Part shown: one piece after another, positions 1-13,400 of the stretch
Position numbering within the stretch: the stretch's first letter is position 1
How the letters are laid out: each line of letters opens with the position of its first letter
Source: Eledone cirrhosa
Taxonomy: Eukaryota
DNA: 64,000 nt
Assembly (NCBI GenBank): GCA_964016885.1
Contig: OZ024761.1
Coordinates: forward strand, 16,430,001-16,494,000
Reading direction: 5' to 3'
Made by a program: the position numbers and the translations under genes
Notes under the pieces: model-generated
Seen by the model: the letters and a program-made list of their open reading frames with translations, nothing else
The model's database searches: none
What the model was told of the DNA's origin: nothing

Positions 1-620
1 GTATTGTTTAATTGCCGATAAATTTGAAATATATTTGTTAGGTTTCTTAGAACTACAAATCTTTCTTATGACACTTACTACGGAATAAATTCTTAGCTGG
101 ATACTTTACTTTGTGATTACTTTCCTCCCAAAGCCATAACAGCTTGAATGAGATGTAGCAAAAACTTGTGAAGACTGACATGAGTTATGTTGAATATAAG
201 TGTAGACGTAAAATATTTTTGTTTATTCAATCTAAAGAATTTTAAGTCAAGTGCAAAATTAATGTTTAAAGGCATAAGAAAGGTATCTCGCTTTCTCTCC
301 TGTAAAACAAATAGGCTGTTTTTAGACCAGGAGGATGGGAGGATTGACTCAGTCAGATTTAAATGCACACATGACGGTAAATACGACAGTCCTACAACAG
401 TTAAGTGTCTATAACAACCATGCATTTAAGAGACTGAAAACCTTACTAATGTGTTTTTATTTTGGTATTTAAAAACAAATTATATATTTAATTTCATGTA
501 AGTCAAATACAATGTATTTAAATGAATCTACAGATGGAGTTGCAATATCTGCCAGGACTTTGGAAATAGAGAAATATATAATTTTTAAAATTAAAACTAC
601 TTTTCAAAGGAATAATAAAG

Positions 621-655
<35 letters not shown>

Positions 656-1275
656 TCTCTAGTGGAGATATTTCTGAGATTGGAAACCCTATCGATGTAT
701 GTATTTTGTCACTGAAAAGTTATCAAAAATTTATTATTATATATACATGTTTGTGTTTTTGACGTAAGTAAAACGAATCTATATACGAGATTTTCGATAC
801 CTGCCAGAGCTAATGAAATAGTAAAAGAATATTTTTATTTTTCAATTATGTCAAACATCGTATGTGGTTCTTTATTAAAGAAATGCTAAAATGGATTTAA
901 AGATATGAAATTTGCACAGTAGAATTACGGCCGCTTGGCTGGCGTCTGGTAAAGTGGTGGTAGTGTAGGTTCGAGCGGAGGGGAAACTAAAAAGGTGGCT
1001 TCGAGATGATCGTGGCCCCGGGTAGCCCAGAAGATAGAGACCAATCTCTTAAATTAAAAAAAATTAAAATGTTTTAAACTTAAGATAAAGTAGAAGATCG
1101 AAACCCTATCTCCAAATCTATACACACTCAATTGATGCATAGATACACCACAACTACCCACACGACCACCTACAGACCAACAAATACGGAGTGAAAATAA
1201 ACACATTTAAAGCTATTTTATTGTTAGACTAAAAATAAGTTTATATATGTAAATATTCAAAAGAAAATCACTTAA

Positions 1276-1345
1276 GTCTTTATAGTCTAGTGGTAAGACA
1301 TAGGACTGGGGAATGTCGTGTTTGGATTTCGAATCAACTTAAAAC
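1276..1345 (+). pseudogene. Degenerate tRNA-like sequence or SINE head, once per repeat unit
   Basis: A-box-like TAGTCTAGTGG with a perfect D-stem GTCT-AGTGGTA-AGAC, a B-box-like TTCGAATC and a downstream T-run. The anticodon and acceptor stems do not pair well. Confidence 0.35.
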
Positions 1346-3153
1346 ATTATTTTTTTTATCCTCACACTGTAAGGAATTTGCTTGATTTGAACACGTAGTC
1401 ATACCATTTAAAGCTTTATTTTTCTCTTTCTAGTCGTAACACAGTCAGCATATAAATAAACGTGATTCACTTCAACACGTTGCCATACCATTTAAAACTT
1501 TATTTGGAGATGAGACAAAGACACATAAATACACTAAGTAGTAAACCCTTGATTTAACTTACTATGAAGATGAAGAATGTCTGTTAATATCAAAGTGACG
1601 TTAAATTTAGGGGTCACTTTCATTGTTTTTAATTTACAGAAACTCCTTAATATAATACAATGTATATATTAGAAGGAATATTTTTTATTTTCTTGTTCCG
1701 TCAAACCTTGCGTTTATTCTACACACACACACGTCGAAACACTTGCTTGAGGTGGCTTTCTTAGACATAATGAGAAGTGTTGGCTTTGTGGAGATTGATA
1801 CAACTTTGGGTGATGTTACGAGGAGAGGCAAGGCTATGGAGAGTGTCTTAGTGGAAGAGATGATATCAGAGCAGTAACCTCCAAAGAGATGAAATTAGTG
1901 ACTGAGATGCTATCATTGCATAGTTCAGAATATATATAACAAACATATACTATAAATTTAACAAGTCAAACTACAGTTATACTCTAACACGGAAGACAAA
2001 TAAAACGTTACCTCTATCATGCACGTCGTATCCAGTGTGTTGTTATAAGAAAACCGGTGAAACACTAAATATGCCACCAGTGTAGCGATTTTATACTCTC
2101 TCTGCTTCATCGTACCACCCAGTAACATGAAACTGTGTTCAAATCCCTGGGAGGTAGAATTACGTCGCTTTAAATAAACACACTGGGGTCAGTTTGAATA
2201 TTGATTTCATGTGAAAAATATATACATATTATGATTGTACTCCGAACTATTAATATTGAAACAATTCTAATGCGCCAATAAAATTTATATATCTATACAG
2301 CAACAGTGTTTTCGATCTTTCTTACTTTTTTATTCACATTCTACAGTCACTTTAACTCTGTAATAAAACCCAACACGAGACGAACGTTAGCTGCAGTTAC
2401 CCACGAAATTAACGCACTCACAAATGAATATATATATATATATATACTACTAAAATGTATTTAAAATTAAAAAATAAATGCTTAAATTCAATGTATAATT
2501 TCACGTACAATATGTTTTGTTGTAAAACCCTAAATAATGATTTCAGAAATGATGTCAATCTCTTTGTACAGAGATAAACATTAATTTATGTATATGCATT
2601 GTGTGTGCGTATATACTCCATTTAAGACAGCGAAAAAGCCAGTACCTTCTTCGAAGAATGCCAAATAGTTTATGCCTCAGGGATACCGGTGTAACACTAA
2701 TTAAGTTACCGGTGTAGATATTTCAGTTGAACCCTGCTTCAACAAACTACCCGGTAATTTGAAATCGAGTTCAGAGTGAGGGGTGTAAAACAGAATTCTG
2801 TTTGGAAAATAGTAAATTCTAAACCTGCTAGAAATAATAGCCAAATGTCGTATTTTGGGTACGAGATGCGACTCGTCTTACCTCTTCTAATATATATATA
2901 TATATGTGTGTGTGTGTAGATTCACGGGTCGCTGCGGAGAGAAACCACAATAAATACAATGTACTCAATAGATTGGCATAGTATATATATATGTGTGTGT
3001 ACATATAAATATGTGTGTGTGTGTGTATGTATATATATATATGTATAAATGTATATATACATATAAATACTTATATATATATATATACATAAACATATGT
3101 ATACATACACACATATATAAATAAATATGTATGTATATATATATATATGTGTG

Positions 3154-3191
<38 letters not shown>

Positions 3192-3285
3192 TTACTTAGG
3201 TTCTAAGGAATATTCCGCGAATGTCGGGGTTTAATGTGTATATATATATATATATATGTGTGTATATACATATTTATTACTTTCA

Positions 3286-3643
3286 CTGTTATTTCTAGCA
3301 TAAAAAAGAAAAACCGGAAGGGGAGAAAATTGAAAAACTTCTTCTTTTTCCCTCCTCTAACTTTTCAAACAAAAGGAAATTTTATGTAAACAAAAACGAA
3401 ATTTTTGCCAAGAAAGATAACTCTTCTCTGACTTAAATCCAAAATTGGGATACAAAAAAATTCCGCAATTTTTTGTATCCCAATTTTGGATTTAAGTCAG
3501 AGAAGAGTTATCTTTCTTGGCAAAAATTTCGTTTTTGTTTACATAAAATTTCCTTTTGTTTGAAAAGTTAGAGGAGGGAAAAAGAAGAAGTTTTTCAATT
3601 TTCTCCACTTCCCGTTTTTTCTAGTGTATACTAGAAATAGCAG
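3286..3643. repeat. Fold-back palindrome with ~140-bp near-perfect arms (also ~9573-9930, ~15890-16245, ~22203-22560, ~28490-28830)
   Basis: 3322-3462 is the reverse complement of 3467-3606 apart from one extra A; loop CCGC. Confidence 0.92.
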
Positions 3644-3729
3644 TCAAAGCAATATATATATGCCTTTTGTGACAATATATATTGTTTTAACGCTAGATTA
3701 TTAACAACAATATATTGTATTTGTTGGCC

Positions 3730-3888
3730 TATTGGACGCAGAAGACGCTCACTCGATTTTTATTATATTTTACGTTGTATTTTGAAGTTTATAGACATTT
3801 CTATGGACCACCTACAATATTCGCGGTTTTTCACTATTCTCGGGTTCTCTAGGACTGTAAACCCCACGAATGCCGGGGGGTAACTGTA
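3730..3888 (-). mobile_element. Tc1/mariner (pogo/Tigger-like) MITE terminus
   Basis: The minus strand reads TA-CAGTTACCCCCCGGCATTCGTGGGG, resembling Tigger-type termini with a TA target. A similar end CCCGCGAATGTCGGGGTTTACTG-TA lies at ~28412-28436. Confidence 0.4.
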
Positions 3889-4029
3889 TATGAATATATC
3901 GACTGATAATATACAGTATAATTGTACGAGTATGCATATACATAGAAATATATATACATATTTACACATATATGTACATATATATATATATAGACACACA
4001 TGTATATATATATATATATATAGACACAC

Positions 4030-4090
<61 letters not shown>

Positions 4091-4138
4091 TGTATGTATA
4101 TATGTATACATATATATATATATGAATGTCTGTATATA

Positions 4139-4194
<56 letters not shown>

Positions 4195-4849
4195 CATAGA
4201 CATGTGTGTGTGTGTACATTCTTAGGTATATACATATATATTTATACACATATACATACAAATATATATATTTCTATGAGTCACAGTTTATTACACATTG
4301 GAGACAGAGTGAGAGATTTAGCTTTCATTTTTAGCAGATTTAGAAACTTTGCAAACGCTTTATTTTTTCTTATTGCCGGTACTCTGAACACGATTTGAAA
4401 TGACTGGAGTGAGTTTATAAAAGGGTAAACTGAAATAGTTGCACCGGTAATATATTTAGTGTTACACCGGTATTTTCGAAACAGTCTCTTTCGCATTCGT
4501 CTGCAAGAGGTAACGTTTTCTATGCCGTCTCTGTTAGTGTAGAACTGTAGGTTGACTTGCTTGGTTTTTACAACTCTTTGTCAACATGCATATTATTATT
4601 ATATACTTTCAAACACACTTACATATATTATATTTATAAACATATAGGATTTTACTAAGTTTTTATTCTTTCTAATGTGAAGAGATAGAAATAATAAGTT
4701 AAAACTAAAGTATAATGATATAACAACTGTATATAATAGTTTTCTCCCCTTTATTGAGATGCAAACGTTTTAAAGAAAAAACATGACAGTATAAGAAATA
4801 TTTAATATCATAACATATAATATTTCGGGTAGGATGGTCGTTTCTCTTG

Positions 4850-5900
4850 TCTTCCACCTCTAGTTGTAGATTCTTCATGTCCTCTCTAGCCATAATTATG
4901 TCGTCGACATATTCATAAGTTTGATTTCTTCTTGAATGAATTGCAAATCATAAGGTAGCCTTCTTGGTACATTTATTAGCTTTAATTCGTGTTTACACTG
5001 CTTGTAATAATTCGTACGTTTTTTACTTTAGATGAAACATATATATAAAAACGTCTGTGGCTTTAGTATACCTTTAAGTTTGATTTCAATAGAAAAATAT
5101 TTACTGAACATGTGTAACACAATTATAACTGGAGCTACTAAGTTCCTAGCCACTAGAAAATCTATTTGATAGAAGTTATTTCCTAGTTCTATGCACTGTC
5201 AATATCCCTTCTACTTTTTATATGCTTGTGTTTGTTAAAGAAACATTCTCTGATTTAGAAACCACGTTCTTCTCGCACCACCGTTGTAGTAATTCTTGTT
5301 AAATGTTTTGTCTGGTCTATTGTCAATAAGTGTCCTTGTTTTCTGATTATGAATAAAGTTAAGTGGTCTACTGAATTGTCTTAATTATTGCTAATTTATA
5401 AGTTTGTTTAACTGCCGATAACTTTTAAATCTATTTCTTAGGTTGCTTAGGCCTACAAATCTTATATCAGTGTCCCTTCTTTTGACACTTTCTACGAGTG
5501 AATCCTTAAATTGACATTTTATTTTGGGTTGTACTGCCTTATCCCACCTATAACAGCTAGAAGCAAATATAGTAAAAACAGGTCCTTGACTGTGGAGACT
5601 AATATGAGTTATGTTGAATATAATTATTGAGGTTTATTCAATCTAAGAGAAGAAAAAATAAGTAAAGTGCAAAATTAACGTTTAAAGACAAGAAAAGTAT
5701 TTCTCTTTCTCCCTGGCAAAATAAATCTGCTGTTTTTAGACCTAGAGGAGGGGAGGATTGACTCAGTCAGGTTTCAATGCCCACATGACGGTAATTACGG
5801 CACCCCTACAACAACAGTTAAGTGTCTATAACCACCACGCATTTATGAGACTAAAAACCTTGCTAGTGTATTTTTATTTTGGTACAAAAGTTTTTAAATA
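4850..5900 (-). mobile_element. Decayed Ty3/Gypsy LTR-retrotransposon gag-protease-RT fragment (also at ~11150-12200, ~17450-18500, ~23760-24810; partial at 29300-30120)
   Basis: Manual minus-strand translation across stops and frameshifts gives, in the expected gag-pro-RT order: a double zinc-knuckle remnant SCYRWDKAVQPKIKCQFKDS/RKCQKKGH*YKICR (~5560-5452); retropepsin-like KTRTLIDNRPDKTF...IELGNNFYQIDFLVARNLVAPVIIVLHM; an RT N-terminus PRRLPYDLQFIQEEIKL; and YEYVDDIIM (YVDD at 4911-4900). Most of the RT is deleted. Confidence 0.75.
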
Positions 5901-6189
5901 ATTTCATAAGTTTTAAATTCAAGTAAGTCCAATATAACGTATTTAAACGAATCTATAGATAGGATTTCAATATCTTCCAGAGCTTATGAAATAGTAAAAC
6001 AATTTTTTTTCTTTTCAATTATATCAAATACCATAAGTTGTTCTTTATTAAAGAAATGCTAAAATAGATTTAGTTAGTATGACTCTGAAATGTGTTCATA
6101 AACGGTAATGTTATGTTTTCCGTAGAGACTGTCTGTCTTACAGTATGTTTACACACAATACATACATGCATATACATAAATTAATTGTT

Positions 6190-6770
6190 TATTAGCTATA
6201 TTCATCTGTTTACACACCTCGTAATAATTCGAGCGGTTTTGTTTTTGTTTTTTCTTCAGGAGAGACGTAGATAGAAAAACGTTCGTGGCTTTAGTATTGT
6301 TTAATTGCCGATAAATTTGAAATATATTTGTTAGGTTTCTTAGAACTACAAATCTTTCTTATGACACTTACTACGGAATAAATTCTTAGCTGGATACTTT
6401 ACTTTGTGATTACTTTCCTCCCAAAGCCATAACAGCTTGAATGAGATGTAGCAAAAACTTGTGAAGACTGACATGAGTTATGTTGAATATAAGTGTAGAA
6501 TATTTTTGTTTATTCAATCTAAAGGGAAGGCAAAAGAATTTTAAGTCAAGTGCAAAATTAATGTTTAAAGGCATAAGAAAGGTATCTCGCTTTCTCTCCT
6601 GTAAAACAAATAGGCTGTTTTTAGACCAGGAGGATGGGAGGATTGACTCAGTCAGATTTAAATGCACACATGACGGTAAATACGACAGTCCTACAACAGT
6701 TAAGTGTCTATAACAACCATGCATTTAAGAGACTGAAAACCTTACTAATGTGTTTTTATTTTGGTATTTA
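6190..6770 (-). mobile_element. Second, diverged gag-region copy of the same Gypsy relic, lacking the protease segment (also 1-470, ~12490-13080, ~18790-19365, ~25100-25675)
   Basis: Paralogous to 5400-5885 (shared GGGAGGATTGACTCAGTCAG and ACATGACGGTAA). Minus-strand knuckle remnant SCYGFGRK..YPAKNLFRSKCHKK..ICSSK is joined directly to the TAAAGCCAC segment that follows the protease in the other copy. Confidence 0.65.
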
Positions 6771-9442
6771 AAAACAAATTATATATTTAATTTCATGTAA
6801 GTCAAATACAATGTATTTAAATGAATCTACAGATGGAGTTGCAATATCTGCCAGGACTTTGGAAATAGAGAAATATATAATTTTTAAAATTAAAACTACT
6901 TTTCAAAGGAATAATAAAGATATATATACACACACACATCTCTAGTGGAGATATTTCTGAGATTGGAAACCCTATCGATGTATGTATTTTGTCACTGAAA
7001 AGTTATCAAAAAATTATTATTATATATACATGTTTGTGTTTTTGACGTAAGTAAAACGAATCTATATACGAGATTTTCGATACCTGCCAGAGCTAATGAA
7101 ATAGTAAAAGAATATTTTTATTTTTCAATTATGTCAAACATCGTATGTGGTTCTTTATTAAAGAAATGCTAAAATGGATTTAAAGATATGAAATTTGCAC
7201 AGTAGAATTACGGCCGCTTGGCTGGCGTCTGGTAAAGTGGTGGTAGTGTAGGTTCGAGCGGAGGGGAAACTAAAAAGGTGGCTTCGAGATGATCGTGGCC
7301 CCGGGTAGCCCAGAAGATAGAGACCAATCTCTTAAATTAAAAAAAATTAAAATGTTTTAAACTTAAGATAAAGTAGAAGATCGAAACCCTATCTCCAAAT
7401 CTATACACACTCAATTGATGCATAGATACACCACAACTACCCACACGACCACCTACAGACCAACAAATACGGAGTGAAAATAAACACATTTAAAGCTATT
7501 TTATTGTTAGACTAAAAATAAGTTTATATATGTAAATATTCAAAAGAAAATCACTTAAGTCTTTATAGTCTAGTGGTAAGACATAGGACTGGGGAATGTC
7601 GTGTTTGGATTTCGAATCAACTTAAAACATTATTTTTTTTATCCTCACACTGTAAGGAATTTGCTTGATTTGAACACGTAGTCATACCATTTAAAGCTTT
7701 ATTTTTCTCTTTCTAGTCGTAACACAGTCAGCATATAAATAAACGTGATTCACTTCAACACGTTGCCATACCATTTAAAACTTTATTTGGAGATGAGACA
7801 AAGACACATAAATACACTAAGTAGTAAACCCTTGATTTAACTTACTATGAAGATGAAGAATGTCTGTTAATATCAAAGTGACGTTAAATTTAGGGGTCAC
7901 TTTCATTGTTTTTAATTTACAGAAACTCCTTAATATAATACAATGTATATATTAGAAGGAATATTTTTTATTTTCTTGTTCCGTCAAACCTTGCGTTTAT
8001 TCTACACACACACACGTCGAAACACTTGCTTGAGGTGGCTTTCTTAGACATAATGAGAAGTGTTGGCTTTGTGGAGATTGATACAACTTTGGGTGATGTT
8101 ACGAGGAGAGGCAAGGCTATGGAGAGTGTCTTAGTGGAAGAGATGATATCAGAGCAGTAACCTCCAAAGAGATGAAATTAGTGACTGAGATGCTATCATT
8201 GCATAGTTCAGAATATATATAACAAACATATACTATAAATTTAACAAGTCAAACTACAGTTATACTCTAACACGGAAGACAAATAAAACGTTACCTCTAT
8301 CATGCACGTCGTATCCAGTGTGTTGTTATAAGAAAACCGGTGAAACACTAAATATGCCACCAGTGTAGCGATTTTATACTCTCTCTGCTTCATCGTACCA
8401 CCCAGTAACATGAAACTGTGTTCAAATCCCTGGGAGGTAGAATTACGTCGCTTTAAATAAACACACTGGGGTCAGTTTGAATATTGATTTCATGTGAAAA
8501 ATATATACATATTATGATTGTACTCCGAACTATTAATATTGAAACAATTCTAATGCGCCAATAAAATTTATATATCTATACAGCAACAGTGTTTTCGATC
8601 TTTCTTACTTTTTTATTCACATTCTACAGTCACTTTAACTCTGTAATAAAACCCAACACGAGACGAACGTTAGCTGCAGTTACCCACGAAATTAACGCAC
8701 ACACAAATGAATATATATATATATATATATATACTACTAAAATGTATTTAAAATTAAAAAATAAATGCTTAAATTCAATGTATAATTACACGTACAATAT
8801 GTTTTGTTGTAAAACCCTAAATAATGATTTCAGAAATGATGTCAATCTCTTTGTACAGAGATAAACATTAATTTATGTATATGCATTGTGTGTGCGTATA
8901 TACTCCATTTAAGACAGCGAAAAAGCCAGTACCTTCTTCGAAGAATGCCAAATAGTTTATGCCTCAGGGATACCGGTGTAACACTAATTAAGTTACCGGT
9001 GTAGATATTTCAGTTGAACCCTGCTTCAACAAACTACCCGGTAATTTGAAATCGAGTTCAGAGTGAGGGGTGTAAAACAGAATTCTGTTTGGAAAATAGT
9101 AAATTCTAAACCTGCTAGAAATAATAGCCAAATGTCGTATTTTGGGTACGAGATGCGACTCGTCTTATCTCTTCTAATATATATATATATATGTGTGTGT
9201 GTGTGTAGATTCACGGGTCGCTGCGGAGAGAAACCACAATAAATACAATGTACTCAATAGATTGGCATAGTATATATATATGTGTGTGTACATATAAATA
9301 TGTGTGTGTGTGTGTATGTATATATATATATGTATAAATGTATATATACATATAAATACTTATATATATATATATACATAAACATATGTATACATACACA
9401 CATATATAAATAAATATGTATGTATATATATATATCTGTGTG

Positions 9443-9474
<32 letters not shown>

Positions 9475-10314
9475 ATTATTACTTAGGTTCTAAGGAATAT
9501 TCCGCGAATGTCGGGGTTTAATGTGTATATATATATATATATATATGTGTATATACATATTTATTACTTTCACTGTTATTTCTAGCATAAAAAAGAAAAA
9601 CCGGAAGGGGAGAAAATTGAAAAACTTCTTCTTTTTCCCTCCTCTAACTTTTCAAACAAAAGGAAATTTTATGTAAACAAAAACGAAATTTTTGCCAAGA
9701 AAGATAACTCTTCTCTGACTTAAATCCAAAATTGGGTTACAAAAAAATTCCGCAATTTTTTGTATCCCAATTTTGGATTTAAGTCAGAGAAGAGTTATCT
9801 TTCTTGGCAAAAATTTCGTTTTTGTTTACATAAAATTTCCTTTTGTTTGAAAAGTTAGAGGAGGGAAAAAGAAGAAGTTTTTCAATTTTCTCCACTTCCC
9901 GTTTTTTCTAGTGTATACTAGAAATAGCAGTCAAAGCAATATATATATGCCTTTTGTGACAATATATATTGTTTTAACGCTAGATTATTAACAACAATAT
10001 ATTGTATTTGTTGGCCTATTGGACGCAGAAGACGCTCACTCGATTTTTATTATATTTTACGTTGTATTTTGAAGTTTATAGACATTTCTATGGACCACCT
10101 ACAATATTCGCGGTTTTTCACTATTCTCGGGTTCTCTAGGACTGTAAACCCCACGAATGCCGGGGGATAACTGTATATGAATATATCGACTGATAATATA
10201 CAGTATAATTGTACGAGTATGCATATACATAGCAATATATATACATATTTACACATATATGTACATATATATATATATAGACACACGTGTATATATATAT
10301 ATATATAGACACAC

Positions 10315-10369
<55 letters not shown>

Positions 10370-10417
10370 TGTATGTATATATGTATACATATATATATAT
10401 ATGAATGTCTGTATATA

Positions 10418-10495
<78 letters not shown>

Positions 10496-13400
10496 CATAG
10501 ACATGTGTGTGTGTGTACATTCTTAGGTATATACATATATATTTATACACACATACATACAAATATATATATTTCTATGAGTCACAGTTTATTACACATT
10601 GGAGACAGAGTGAGAGATTTAGCTTTCATTTTTTGCAGATTTAGAAACTTTGCAAACGCTTTATTTTTTCTTATTGCCGGTACTCTGAACACGATTTGAA
10701 ATGACTGGAGTGAGTTTATAAAAGGGTAAACTGAAATAGTTGCACCGGTAATATATTTAGTGTTACACCGGTATTTTCGAAACAGTCTCTTTCGCATTTG
10801 TTTGCAAGAGGTAACGTTTTCTATGCCGTCTCTGTTAGTGTAGAACTGTAGGTTGACTTGCTTCGTTTTTACAACTCCTTGTCAACATGCATATTATTAT
10901 TATATACTTTCAAACACACTTACATATATTATATTTATAAACATATAGGATTTTACTAAGTTTTTATTCTTTCTAATGTGAAGAGATAGAAATAATAAGT
11001 TAAAACTAAAGTATAATGATATAACAACTGTATATAATAGTTTTCTCCCCTTTATTGAGATGCAAACGTTTTAAAGAAAAAACATGACAGTATAAGAAAT
11101 ATTTAATATCATAACATATAATATTTCAGGTAGGATGGTCGTTTCTCTTGTCTTCCACCTCTAGTTGTAGATTCTTCATGTCCTCTCTAGCCATAATTAT
11201 GTCGTCGACATATTCATAAGTTTGATTTCTTCTTGAATGAATTGCAAATCATAAGGTAGCCTTCTTGGTACATTTATTAGCTTTAATTCGTGTTTACACT
11301 GCTTGTAATAATTCGTACGTTTTTTACTTTAGATGAAACATATATATAAAAACGTCTGTGGCTTTAGTATACCTTTAAGTTTGATTTCAATAGAAAAATA
11401 TTTACTGAACATGTGTAACACAATTATAACTGGAGCTACTAAGTTCCTAGCCACTAGAAAATCTATTTGATAGAAGTTATTTCCTAGTTCTATGCACTGT
11501 CAATATCCCTTCTACTTTTTATATGCTTGTGTTTGTTAAAGAAACATTCTCTGATTTAGAAACCACGTTCTTCTCGCACCACCGTTGTAGTAATTCTTGT
11601 TAAATGTTTTGTCTGGTCTATTGTCAATAAGTGTCCTTGTTTTCTGATTATGAATAAAGTTAAGTGGTCTACTGAATTGTCTTAATTATTGCTAATTTAT
11701 AAGTTTGTTTAACTGCCGATAACTTTTAAATCTATTTCTTAGGTTGCTTAGGCCTACAAATCTTATATCAGTGTCCCTTCTTTTGACACTTTCTACGAGT
11801 GAATCCTTAAATTGACATTTTATTTTGGGTTGTACTGCCTTATCCCACCTATAACAGCTAGAAGCAAATATAGTAAAAACAGGTCCTTGACTGTGGAGAC
11901 TAATATGAGTTATGTTGAATATAATTATTGAGGTTTATTCAATCTAAGAGAAGAAAAAATAAGTAAAGTGCAAAATTAACGTTTAAAGACAAGAAAAGTA
12001 TTTCTCTTTCTCCCTGGCAAAATAAATCTGCTGTTTTTAGACCTAGAGGAGGGGAGGATTGACTCAGTCAGGTTTCAATGCCCACATGACGGTAATTACG
12101 GCACCCCTACAACAACAGTTAAGTGTCTATAACCACCACGCATTTATGAGACTAAAAACCTTGCTAGTGTATTTTTATTTTGGTACAAAAGTTTTTAAAT
12201 AATTTCATAAGTTTTAAATTCAAGTAAGTCCAATATAACGTATTTAAACGAATCTATAGATAGGATTTCAATATCTTCCAGAGCTTATGAAATAGTAAAA
12301 CAATTTTTTTTCTTTTCAATTATATCAAATACCATAAGTTGTTCTTTATTAAAGAAATGCTAAAATAGATTTAGTTAGTATGACTCTGAAATGTGTTCAT
12401 AAACGGTAATGTTATGTTTTCCGTAGAGACTGTCTGTCTTACAGTATGTTTACACACAATACATACATGCATATACATAAATTAATTGTTTATTAGCTAT
12501 ATTCATCTGTTTACACACCTCGTAATAATTCGAGCGGTTTTGTTTTTGTTTTTTCTTCAGGAGAGACGTAGATAGAAAAACGTTCGTGGCTTTAGTATTG
12601 TTTAATTGCCGATAAATTTGAAATATATTTGTTAGGTTTCTTAGAACTACAAATCTTTCTTATGACACTTACTACGGAATAAATTCTTAGCTGGATACTT
12701 TACTTTGTGATTACTTTCCTCCCAAAGCCATAACAGCTTGAATGAGATGTAGCAAAAACTTGTGAAGACTGACATGAGTTATGTTGAATATAAGTGTAGA
12801 CGTAAAATATTTTTGTTTATTCAATCTAAAGGGAAGGCAAAAGAATTTTAAGTCAAGTGCAAAATTAATGTTTAAAGGCATAAGAAAGGTATCTCGCTTT
12901 CTCTCCTGTAAAACAAATAGGCTGTTTTTAGACCAGGAGGATGGGAGGATTGACTCAGTCAGATTTAAATGCACACATGACGGTAAATACGACGGTCCTA
13001 CAACAACAGTTAAGTGTCTATAACAACCATGCATTTAAGAGACTGAAAACCTTACTAATGTGTTTTTATTTTGGTATTTAAAAACAAATTATATATTTAA
13101 TTTCATGTAAGTCAAATACAATGTATTTAAATGAATCTACAGATGGAGTTGCAATATCTGCCAGGACTTTGGAAATAGAGAAATATATAATTTTTAAAAT
13201 TAAAACTACTTTTCAAAGGAATAATAAAGATATATATACACACACACACACACATCTCTAGTGGAGATATTTCTGAGATTGGAAACCCTATCGATGTATG
13301 TATTTTGTCACTGAAAAGTTATCAAAAAATTATTATTATATATACATGTTTGTGTTTTTGACGTAAGTAAAACGAATCTATATACGAGATTTTCGATACC

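Larger units (their letters stand above)
1962..4559. mobile_element. Region bounded by diverged ~120-bp inverted repeats (old DNA-transposon ends), once per full unit
   Basis: 1962-2085 CAAGTCAAACTACAGTTATACTCTAACA...AAAACGTTACCTCT...ACCGGTGAAACACTAAATAT matches the reverse complement of ~4440-4559. A third partial copy lies at ~2683-2735. Confidence 0.5.

Noticed and set aside
919-1045. GC-richer island in each repeat unit as an snRNA or other known ncRNA gene
   Set aside because: No recognisable similarity to U snRNAs, 5S, 7SL or Y RNA by eye; an Rfam search is needed.
1745-1880. Short plus-strand frame LDIMRSVGFVEIDTTLGDVTRRGK as a host exon
   Set aside because: No clear splice context; at most a weak resemblance to a decayed RTE C-terminus.
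6236-6262. Pyrimidine tract plus CAG as a splice acceptor of a repeated plus-strand gene
   Set aside because: Lies within the antisense Gypsy relic, and stops occur downstream in all frames before the small ORF.
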